Source of the DNA: a virus
Taxonomy: Duplodnaviria > Caudoviricetes
Strand: one strand, 5' to 3'
Virus record (IMG/VR): IMGVR_UViG_3300026123_000025
Location: 1 to 26,861 of that record
DNA length: 26,861 nt
Shown here: in pieces, positions 17,182-24,578 of the stretch
Numbering within the stretch: position 1 is the stretch's first letter
Layout: each line of letters opens with the position of its first letter
The notes under the pieces: model-generated
Seen by the model: only the letters and a program-made list of their open reading frames with translations
Told to the model about the DNA's origin: nothing
Databases searched by the model: none
Position numbers and translations under genes: made by a program

Positions 17182-17207
17182 TATTTATGTGTCCATAATG
17201 ATAAATA
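17182..17207. promoter_or_regulatory. Divergent late promoters: CATAAATA (-, 17182-17189) and GATAAATA (+, 17200-17207)
   Basis: Back-to-back motifs in the intergenic region between the divergent dioxygenase and GIY-YIG genes. Confidence 0.7.
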
Positions 17208-17234
17208 CAAGTAATGATATTTAGGAGACATAAA

Positions 17235-17909
17235 ATGAGTGAAACATTCATAATATACAAAACTACAAATAACATAAATGGTAAGTTCTACATAGGCAAG
17301 CACAAGGTACAAGAAAAGTATGACTACTTATATTTGGGTTCCGGGCATGCGATTTCTAAAGCAATAAAGAAATATGGAGCCGAAAATTTTACCAGAGAAA
17401 CACTGTATGTATTTGACAATGAAGAAGATTGTATATTAAAAGAAAGAGAAATAGTGTCAGAAGATATGGTTTGCGACCCACTATGCTACAACATAGCAAC
17501 CGGAGGCAATGCAGGAAAATCACATTCTGATACCACAAAGAAACTTATTTCAAAGGCAGTCACCGAAGAATGGAAAGACAATGATACCAGAAAGTTAAAT
17601 GCAAGAAAATCATCACTGCATAGACACGAAAAAAAGACATGGGGTGTTTGTTCCTACAAAAAAGATAGTCGGGAAAAGATATCAAAAAATACTTCAAATT
17701 ATTGGTCGGACCCTGAACACAGAGAATACAGGTCAAAAGCCATAAGTGAAAGTTTGAAAGGTAGAAAGTTATCAAAAGAACATATAGAAAATTCAAGAAA
17801 CGGACAAAATAAAACAAAGTATTGTAAGTTTTGTAACAAACATCACAAACTTGCCGCGTACGCCAGATGGCATGGTGACCGATGTAAATCTAATAAGGAG
17901 AATGCATAA
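17235..17909 (+). CDS. Free-standing GIY-YIG homing endonuclease (Seg-like)
   Basis: FIIYKTTNNINGKFYIGKH, YLGSG, KKYG.ENF.RE, YNIATGG, NUMOD3-like GKSHSDTTKKLISKA, C-terminal CKFC...HGDRC. Start at 17235 follows AGGAGA. Confidence 0.88.
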   Translation: MSETFIIYKTTNNINGKFYIGKHKVQEKYDYLYLGSGHAISKAIKKYGAENFTRETLYVFDNEEDCILKEREIVSEDMVCDPLCYNIATGGNAGKSHSDTTKKLISKAVTEEWKDNDTRKLNARKSSLHRHEKKTWGVCSYKKDSREKISKNTSNYWSDPEHREYRSKAISESLKGRKLSKEHIENSRNGQNKTKYCKFCNKHHKLAAYARWHGDRCKSNKENA

Positions 17910-18892
17910 TGTGCCCACGCTTATCATTGTGGAATCCCCGTAAGGGAAATGATTACAAATTTATCGACCGTATGGTGAAAGGACATTTTGACCATGGCGG
18001 TACTGCACTATTAATCCATCGTTATATGGGTTCAGGTGATAGTGACAAATTAACCGATGTACAGGATGCGCTGTTTATGGAGAACCGTGACCGTAACTAC
18101 GATCCAATCGTTTACGAATTACGAGGATACTATACATTTGCGGATCAAGATTTTGACTTATCACAGTTTGGTATTTTCTTAGGATCTGACCAACAAGTAT
18201 TCACTTGTCATATTAACGATATGGTTGAAAAGATTGGTCGTAAGATTATTCCAGGTGATGTTATCGAATTACCTCACAACAGAGATGACTTGTTATTATC
18301 CGAAGAGTCTGGTCCAGTTAACCAATATTGGGTAGTACAAGAGGTGACTCGTGCATCTGAAGGTTACGATCCGGGTTGGTGGCCACACATTTGGCGTATG
18401 CGTTGTAAACAGATGCAGAATACTGTCGAGTATGCTGATATCTTTGGTACAGGCGAGGACGATTTTGATTTGAAAAACTTACTATCAACATATAACCGCG
18501 ATAAAGAAATACACGACCGAGTACGTGCTGAGGCGGCAGAAAATGTTCCAGGACCATACTACGATTGGAATACAAAGAATTTGTTATACGCGCACGAAGG
18601 CGATCACCCAGATGACATTGTATGGGATGAAGTAAATTCAGGACATGCGTTCCCGAACGACCCAGAAGAAAATGAGTACTTCTTAAGAACAGATTATGAG
18701 CCAGCAAGGCTATTCCAATACCGTGATAACAAATGGTTGTTTATAGAAGATGATGACACCGGTGCATGGAATGTTGGTAACCTAGTTCAACAAAGTCATA
18801 TCAACAACTACAATACATTTATTGCGGATGACGGCAATGAAGAAGAATCAAAAGTAAATTTAACTAAAGTAGTAAGACCGAGGATAGATTAA
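17909..18892 (+). CDS. gp14: Neck protein / head closure (gp14-like)
   Basis: PRLSLW...NDYKFID, QD.LFMENRDR.YD, DFDLSQFGIFL, GRKIIPGDVIELP, WWPHIWR; lies upstream of the gp15-like gene. Confidence 0.75.
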   Translation: MCPRLSLWNPRKGNDYKFIDRMVKGHFDHGGTALLIHRYMGSGDSDKLTDVQDALFMENRDRNYDPIVYELRGYYTFADQDFDLSQFGIFLGSDQQVFTCHINDMVEKIGRKIIPGDVIELPHNRDDLLLSEESGPVNQYWVVQEVTRASEGYDPGWWPHIWRMRCKQMQNTVEYADIFGTGEDDFDLKNLLSTYNRDKEIHDRVRAEAAENVPGPYYDWNTKNLLYAHEGDHPDDIVWDEVNSGHAFPNDPEENEYFLRTDYEPARLFQYRDNKWLFIEDDDTGAWNVGNLVQQSHINNYNTFIADDGNEEESKVNLTKVVRPRID

Positions 18893-20268
18893 TGGCAGAA
18901 CAACTATATTTTTACGATGAACAAATTAGAAGATACTTATTACAGTTTGTTCGTCTATTCTCTGGATTTTCAGTTAAAACGGATAAAACACTCGAAGACG
19001 GAACCCCATACTATGTGTCAGTACCAGTAAGATATGGTGACGCATCCCGTATGGCGACTCTATTAAACCAAGAAAGTAGTGAAAACATCGTAGCATCAAC
19101 ACCGTTTATGTCATGTTACATTAACTCATTGGATATGGATCGTGAACGTACACAAGAACCATACTACCAAGATACTATCAGTGTTATAGAACGTAAGTTT
19201 GATGAGGAAACTCAGTCATATGTAAATGTACAAGGCAACAAATATTCTGTTAGACGTTTGATGCCAGTACCTTATCGTATGGAAATGATGGTTGACGTAT
19301 GGACTTCAAACACTGACCAAAAACTACAACTTTTCGAACAAATTAGTGTTCTATACAATCCTTCACTTGACATACAATCTAGTAGTTCACCGGTTGACTG
19401 GACTGCTATTACAACAGTAGAAATGACAGGAGTTACATGGTCAAACAAATCTATACCTGTAGGCACAGATGAAACTATAGACGTATTAACTCTTACTTTC
19501 ACAGTGCCTATTTGGGTTAACCCACCTGCTCTAGTGTCAAGTCAAAAAATTATTCGCCATGTTATTGACAACATTTACGATGACACCTCACAAATTATGT
19601 TGGAACAATTTGATCCCAATGCGGTTCATTACTTTGACCAATTTGAACGAATGGAAACTATCATTGTCACACCAGAAAACTTCGGTCTTGAAATGTATGA
19701 GTCAAACGGCGAAGTATTCGCTAAACCTCTGAGACCGGGAAACTACGATGATGACATAGTATGGCAAGACGTTATTGATTATTATGGAACATTTAACGAT
19801 GGAGCAAGTAGACTACGACTAAAATGGCACGGTGAACTAGAAGATTTGAGTAACGATGCTATAGGAGTTCTTACATCCACTACTGACCCAGGTGTTTTAA
19901 AATTTATTGTAGATAATGATACATTGCCAACAGACACATTTGCTCCGGTTGACCGTATTATAGATAGTAGAACAGCAAGACCCGGATTTAACGGTTTTCC
20001 TACTGTTGCTGTAGGTCAGCGATACTTAAGTCTAACTTCTAGTACAGCAGAATCTAATTACTTTGGTATTGATATTGACACAGATGATATCATAGAGTAT
20101 AATGGTAGTGAGTGGATTATAAGTTTTGATGCCAGTTCCTACACCGGTACAGGTTTCGTTACAAACTTATATACTGACACCCAGTATAGATTCATCAATG
20201 GTGCTTGGCAAAACACATTCTTAGGACTATATGAAGCAGGTTACTGGAGATTAGAATTACTAGGATAA
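18892..20268 (+). CDS. gp15: Tail terminator / sheath stabilizer (gp15-like) with C-terminal extension
   Basis: YFYDEQIRRYLLQF, VPVRYGD, MPVPY, WTSNTDQKLQLFEQI..L.NP, LTFTVPIWV.PP. Confidence 0.85.
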   Translation: MAEQLYFYDEQIRRYLLQFVRLFSGFSVKTDKTLEDGTPYYVSVPVRYGDASRMATLLNQESSENIVASTPFMSCYINSLDMDRERTQEPYYQDTISVIERKFDEETQSYVNVQGNKYSVRRLMPVPYRMEMMVDVWTSNTDQKLQLFEQISVLYNPSLDIQSSSSPVDWTAITTVEMTGVTWSNKSIPVGTDETIDVLTLTFTVPIWVNPPALVSSQKIIRHVIDNIYDDTSQIMLEQFDPNAVHYFDQFERMETIIVTPENFGLEMYESNGEVFAKPLRPGNYDDDIVWQDVIDYYGTFNDGASRLRLKWHGELEDLSNDAIGVLTSTTDPGVLKFIVDNDTLPTDTFAPVDRIIDSRTARPGFNGFPTVAVGQRYLSLTSSTAESNYFGIDIDTDDIIEYNGSEWIISFDASSYTGTGFVTNLYTDTQYRFINGAWQNTFLGLYEAGYWRLELLG

Positions 20269-20271
20269 TTT

Positions 20272-20697
20272 ATGCTTAAAGCGGCAGGTGCGGTAATAAT
20301 CGCCAAGGATACAGGAAAACTACTTTTACAACTACGTTCAGACAGTGGTAGTTATGGTCACAAATGGGGTTTTTGGGGCGGCAAAGTAGATGATGGCGAA
20401 AATGTTTCACAGGGTATGCTACGTGAATTGTCTGAAGAGTTAGGGTTAGATACCATATCACATATTCTCAAAGTACATCCACTAGACCAATATCATTCCC
20501 GTGATGGTGAATTTGCATATTATACCTTTGCAGTAGTCGTATCTAACGAATTTGTTCCAACTCTCAATGAAGAAACAGGAGGATATTGTTGGGTAGATGT
20601 AAATTACATACCGCGGCCTCTTCACCCAGGTGCTAAACGAACACTTTTCCATAAGCATAAAATAAAGTTATTAGAAAATATAATCAAAGATTTTTGA
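20272..20697 (+). CDS. NUDIX hydrolase
   Basis: Nudix box GGKVDDGENVSQGMLRELSEELG; C-terminal PRPLHPG. Confidence 0.88.
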   Translation: MLKAAGAVIIAKDTGKLLLQLRSDSGSYGHKWGFWGGKVDDGENVSQGMLRELSEELGLDTISHILKVHPLDQYHSRDGEFAYYTFAVVVSNEFVPTLNEETGGYCWVDVNYIPRPLHPGAKRTLFHKHKIKLLENIIKDF

Positions 20698-20723
20698 CTT
20701 ATAAAACATAAGTGTCTACCAAT

Positions 20724-20731
20724 GATAAATA
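20724..20731 (+). promoter_or_regulatory. Late promoter GATAAATA
   Basis: Upstream of the GGAGA RBS and ATG 20755. Confidence 0.7.
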
Positions 20732-20754
20732 TGTGTATGTAGTGGGAGACATAA

Positions 20755-21444
20755 ATGGAGATACTTAATTTTCAAAGAGAAAAATTTATAAGAGAGTGCA
20801 GGGAGTATATGAAGACCGGAGTTATATCCGAGAGTCTTAGACATACTGTACTTTCTTCCACCCCTGACCAAATTCAAAACCTTATAAAAAACTTTAGGGA
20901 TACAGATAAGGAAATGCTGGGGCACGTATTGAGTGAGATTAAAGTTATTTCCAAAGCCGAAATACATTCATACAAAAACAAAATAGATACAGTTTGTTAC
21001 ACTGCATTTGATTCTTTGGTCACTGTTAAACCAAGATATGAAATAGCGTATGTACAGAAACGATACGATAGTTCGATTAACCCTGTTCGTGCGTTGCATT
21101 TTGATCTGGAAGAAACAATGTCAATGAATAGAAAATCATTGACCAAACACCATAAAATACTGATTGAAAAATTTAAGGATCAAGTTGCCCTAGACTTTTA
21201 CATAGAAGCAATTGAAACCGATATTAGGACACTAACCGAAGCCGAAGCAGAGATAAAAGAACTTCAATCTGAATATATGTATCCAAGTGAAAATCAGAAT
21301 ATTCAGAGAATATCTGAATTAATAGAAGAGTTGCATCTATGGAAAAATACGCTAACAAGGTTCCCCATTTGGGTCAATGAAGTATTTGAGGAACCTAAAG
21401 CATTAAAGCCTTTGTTAAAAAAGTTGTTTAGTTGGTATACGTAG
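20755..21444 (+). CDS. Hypothetical helical protein
   Basis: 229-aa ORF with RBS and late promoter; convergent 17-nt overlap with the next gene. Confidence 0.7.
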   Translation: MEILNFQREKFIRECREYMKTGVISESLRHTVLSSTPDQIQNLIKNFRDTDKEMLGHVLSEIKVISKAEIHSYKNKIDTVCYTAFDSLVTVKPRYEIAYVQKRYDSSINPVRALHFDLEETMSMNRKSLTKHHKILIEKFKDQVALDFYIEAIETDIRTLTEAEAEIKELQSEYMYPSENQNIQRISELIEELHLWKNTLTRFPIWVNEVFEEPKALKPLLKKLFSWYT

Positions 21445-21988
21445 GCCAACCTTCGTCAATCATGTTTGGCGTATATGTGCCATCTTCGACTGCCGCAGCC
21501 AAAGCAAATTCTCTATCATAACATGCTTGTACGTGACCACGAACCGACTGTACAATACCTAGCATTGTAGTAGCGTCTATTTGAATTGGTGTTCCGTTTG
21601 CTGTTTTCCAGTTGAATATAATTGTATTATCAATGAATGCTTGCACACCTGCACCCGTGTACTTTGCCTGTGCATCCCGGTCAGTTTTCAACGGCATGCC
21701 ATTTATAAGCATTCCGCCACATTCTTCACGGTACCGTCTGTCGGCAATTTCATTCAGAAGTAATTGCTTCTCTTTATCCAGATCAGGTGTGTATGCTGTA
21801 ATTTCAAGAGGATTATTAGTCAACCATTCTTTTATTGGCTGCAAATGCGGCTCTAATGTTTCTTGATTCATGTCGATTGAAGTTTCAATCCAACCATAAT
21901 TATTAGTTAATACTTCCAATGAAGCAATTGTATGTTCTTGGTTTAACCATTTTGCGTTTCTATAATCTGTTATTGCTACTGTTGCCAT
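21428..21988 (-). CDS. DUF4376-like tail fibre assembly/chaperone protein
   Basis: IADRRYREECGG....GM...TDRDAQ.K...WKT.NG...HVQACYDRE. Start set at MATVAI (TAATG overlap, GAGG RBS). Confidence 0.75.
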   Translation of the reverse strand: MATVAITDYRNAKWLNQEHTIASLEVLTNNYGWIETSIDMNQETLEPHLQPIKEWLTNNPLEITAYTPDLDKEKQLLLNEIADRRYREECGGMLINGMPLKTDRDAQAKYTGAGVQAFIDNTIIFNWKTANGTPIQIDATTMLGIVQSVRGHVQACYDREFALAAAVEDGTYTPNMIDEGWPTYTN

Positions 21989-22716
21989 TATAGTACCCTC
22001 ACCCACATTCCACAAATATAATCGATGCCTTTTACAGCCTCATACGTAATAACACTTAACAATTTCCATGTTCCGCTAGCATCAGTTGCTTGCCTAAATT
22101 TATAACTGTTAGGAGTAGATTCTACCATATCCATTAGTTCCAAGTCAACTGCATTAACCGTTTCTCCAGGTTTTATGATATTTGATGTATAGTAAATGTT
22201 GTATGACCCTATGTTGTTACTCAACATAAAGTATTCTGGAATTGCACTAGTTAATAGTTCTTTACCGCCAATTATGATTGTATTACCAACAATGGCATTG
22301 TCAGTAGTTATATCACCGTTAACTAAAATTTCAGTAACATTGCCACTTGCTAAATGCTGATTTAAGTTTTCAGAAGTAGCATATTTATTGGTGGTTCCTT
22401 CAATTACATCGTCGGTATTCAAATTTGCAAATTGAGTTATGCCTTGACCATTAGTGCGAATAACTTGCCCTGAGCCACCATCTAATGTTGGCAATATATA
22501 GTCTTCGCATACCATGACCGCTTTAGCCGAGGTACCTATCTTAATATAATCCGACGGGTTCAAATCAGTGGATGCGATCCATTCAGATCCGTTCCAGGTG
22601 TCTTCTACACTTGATGGCGGCTCAGTTACTTCTATGGCACCTTGAGGTGCTAAATTTACATTGTTGTATGCACCAATATAATTACCGTCAATGTCTATAT
22701 AATATTTTACTGCCAT
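21988..22716 (-). CDS. Tail fibre-associated protein
   Basis: N-terminal YYID.DGNYIG...GAIEV.EPP....W.G..W (fibre-assembly-like), LPT.DG..GQVI.TNG.G, TDD..EG.TN.Y. Confidence 0.6.
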   Translation of the reverse strand: MAVKYYIDIDGNYIGAYNNVNLAPQGAIEVTEPPSSVEDTWNGSEWIASTDLNPSDYIKIGTSAKAVMVCEDYILPTLDGGSGQVIRTNGQGITQFANLNTDDVIEGTTNKYATSENLNQHLASGNVTEILVNGDITTDNAIVGNTIIIGGKELLTSAIPEYFMLSNNIGSYNIYYTSNIIKPGETVNAVDLELMDMVESTPNSYKFRQATDASGTWKLLSVITYEAVKGIDYICGMWVRVL

Positions 22717-22717
22717 A

Positions 22718-24439
22718 TTATGCCCATGCCTTAACTATCAATTTCCAATTAGCGTTTGTTAGTGCAGTCAATGTACCTGACGTTTTATTTGGTACAGAAA
22801 ATACACTAGTTGCTGAATTGTATCTTAAGTCTATATTTGTAGATGAAATTATCGCAGATACAGATTCGCTATGATTTATTACCAGTTCATCACCAACACT
22901 GTAGTTGGCTTCGGCAGTGACACATTTCAACAAAAATGTAAAACTTTCTGGGGTTGAATTTAGACCATGAGTCAACTGTACTAAACCGCCTGATGTTATA
23001 GCAATCTCGCCTGATGAATAAGACTCAGTATGTTGAATCATCGAATCAAGTTGTGTTTGAGTGTAGTATCTAGCATCACCCCTTGTATCGTTGTGATACT
23101 GTAGATGGTCATCGTCTTCTAATCCTGTCATTTGACCGTGGTCACTAACAGCAATGCCTAGTGTACCTGCGTTACCACCAGAAACTGTTCTCCAGTCAAT
23201 GTAATCAACTCCAGTGTCAACATATTCGATTGATGCCTTCACAGAGTTAGTGTAGTTATTTGTTGTGAACAATAGAACGGAAGCAATCGCTTTGAACTCT
23301 TCAAACGCTTCGTCCATTTCACCAGTAGAAAGTTGATTAATCTCTGTAGTTGCTCCAGATTGAGCAGACGATACTGTAGGATATGTTGCTTGACCGATAA
23401 CACCAATAATAGGGTGTCTTCTGTCGCCTGTAGCAAATATATGTGTTATAACATAGTCATTGTTATCTACTTCAGTCAGTTGCCAAGTTGTGCCTGTCCA
23501 TTCATTCCAAGCAGGTCTGCCTGAACCTACCGGATGCGCAACGAATCCAGTAGCGTCTATTTTTCTCCAATGTCCGGCAGTTCCTGTACGATAATACAGT
23601 GGTATCTGAGCAACAGATGAAAGAGTTTGAGGACTACCATTAGTAATAATGTGACCAATATCCTCGTCACGTATTTTACCATCGGTGATTCCTATCTGAG
23701 CATGTGTGTCGCTTGAACCATCACCGCCTACTGTCATGTTTGACAATGCCAAACCTGAAACCCATTGTGTACCTACACAGTCATGTAGATATTCGTGCAT
23801 TTCTAAGTCAGCACGACCATGCTGTTCATTACCAAAGTAGACTACTTTCTTATTGTCAGCATCCCAATATATCGCACTGGTGTATGCGTATCTAGCAAGC
23901 AAATCGTGACTGTCATATGTTGTTGTTTGTGCTAGATTACCCGAACCATCAAAATAGATGTAATGAGAACCTTCAGTGTCTGGAATTTGAATACTCTTTT
24001 GAGTTGTTATTTTGTGATATACGCCTTCAGACCATACTTCAAAATATGTATGACCTGACGCAGGTTCAATAGTAAATGTACGGGTCGCTTCTGTAAATGT
24101 TACTAGTGTCGCTGAACGGTCATTATAACCATTCTCCAATTTCATATCGCGAACTAGTGCGTAATCCCCTAGTGTAGTTTGAAGGTCGGTTTGGTCGGCA
24201 ATATTGCCAGTCAAGTCGCCCCACGCAGTAGAACCGCCACCAGTTCCTTGAACTTGATCCCACGATGCAGATGCATTGAAATATTTTATGGTTTGATTTC
24301 CAGTATCGAACCAAACATCATTTTCTGTTACAGTATAAGAGCCAGAAGGATCAGAAGATCCCTGGTACAAAGTTACCCCAGTTTTACCAATCTTAAAGTA
24401 TGGTACCGTGGTACCCTTAGCATTAATTGTTACCGCCAT
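22718..24439 (-). CDS. Tail fibre / virion structural protein
   Basis: T/S/G-rich, with modules WGDLTGNIADQTDL, DHGQMTGLEDDDHLQY, DARYYTQ and C-terminal THGL..TP. Confidence 0.7.
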   Translation of the reverse strand: MAVTINAKGTTVPYFKIGKTGVTLYQGSSDPSGSYTVTENDVWFDTGNQTIKYFNASASWDQVQGTGGGSTAWGDLTGNIADQTDLQTTLGDYALVRDMKLENGYNDRSATLVTFTEATRTFTIEPASGHTYFEVWSEGVYHKITTQKSIQIPDTEGSHYIYFDGSGNLAQTTTYDSHDLLARYAYTSAIYWDADNKKVVYFGNEQHGRADLEMHEYLHDCVGTQWVSGLALSNMTVGGDGSSDTHAQIGITDGKIRDEDIGHIITNGSPQTLSSVAQIPLYYRTGTAGHWRKIDATGFVAHPVGSGRPAWNEWTGTTWQLTEVDNNDYVITHIFATGDRRHPIIGVIGQATYPTVSSAQSGATTEINQLSTGEMDEAFEEFKAIASVLLFTTNNYTNSVKASIEYVDTGVDYIDWRTVSGGNAGTLGIAVSDHGQMTGLEDDDHLQYHNDTRGDARYYTQTQLDSMIQHTESYSSGEIAITSGGLVQLTHGLNSTPESFTFLLKCVTAEANYSVGDELVINHSESVSAIISSTNIDLRYNSATSVFSVPNKTSGTLTALTNANWKLIVKAWA

Positions 24440-24535
24440 TTATTGTCCTCAACGTCTTTTTTTAATTATTAAGTCAGAAATTTTAATTCCTGTTCGTTAA
24501 GATATTATCTTGACTTATTTTTTAAATATCTATTT

Positions 24536-24543
24536 TATTTATA
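24536..24543 (-). promoter_or_regulatory. T4 late promoter TATAAATA
   Basis: Exact consensus about 100 nt upstream of ATG 24439. Confidence 0.7.
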
Positions 24544-24546
24544 CAC

Positions 24547-24568
24547 CCGGAGTCCTTAAGGACTCCGG
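24547..24568. repeat. Perfect 22-bp palindrome CCGGAGTCCTTAAGGACTCCGG (hairpin, possible terminator or stabiliser)
   Basis: Lies just downstream of the stop of the fibre gene at 24579 and 3 bp from the late promoter; no U-tract on the minus strand. Confidence 0.8.
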
Positions 24569-24578
24569 AACCTTTTTA

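Noticed and set aside
17214-17234. Upstream start of the GIY-YIG ORF
   Set aside because: The strong SD AGGAGA favours 17235, although a leaderless start at 17214 cannot be excluded.
17177-17275. 33-aa N-terminal extension of the dioxygenase in the ORF track
   Set aside because: It overlaps the divergent promoters and the GIY-YIG start; the family-like sequence begins at 17176.
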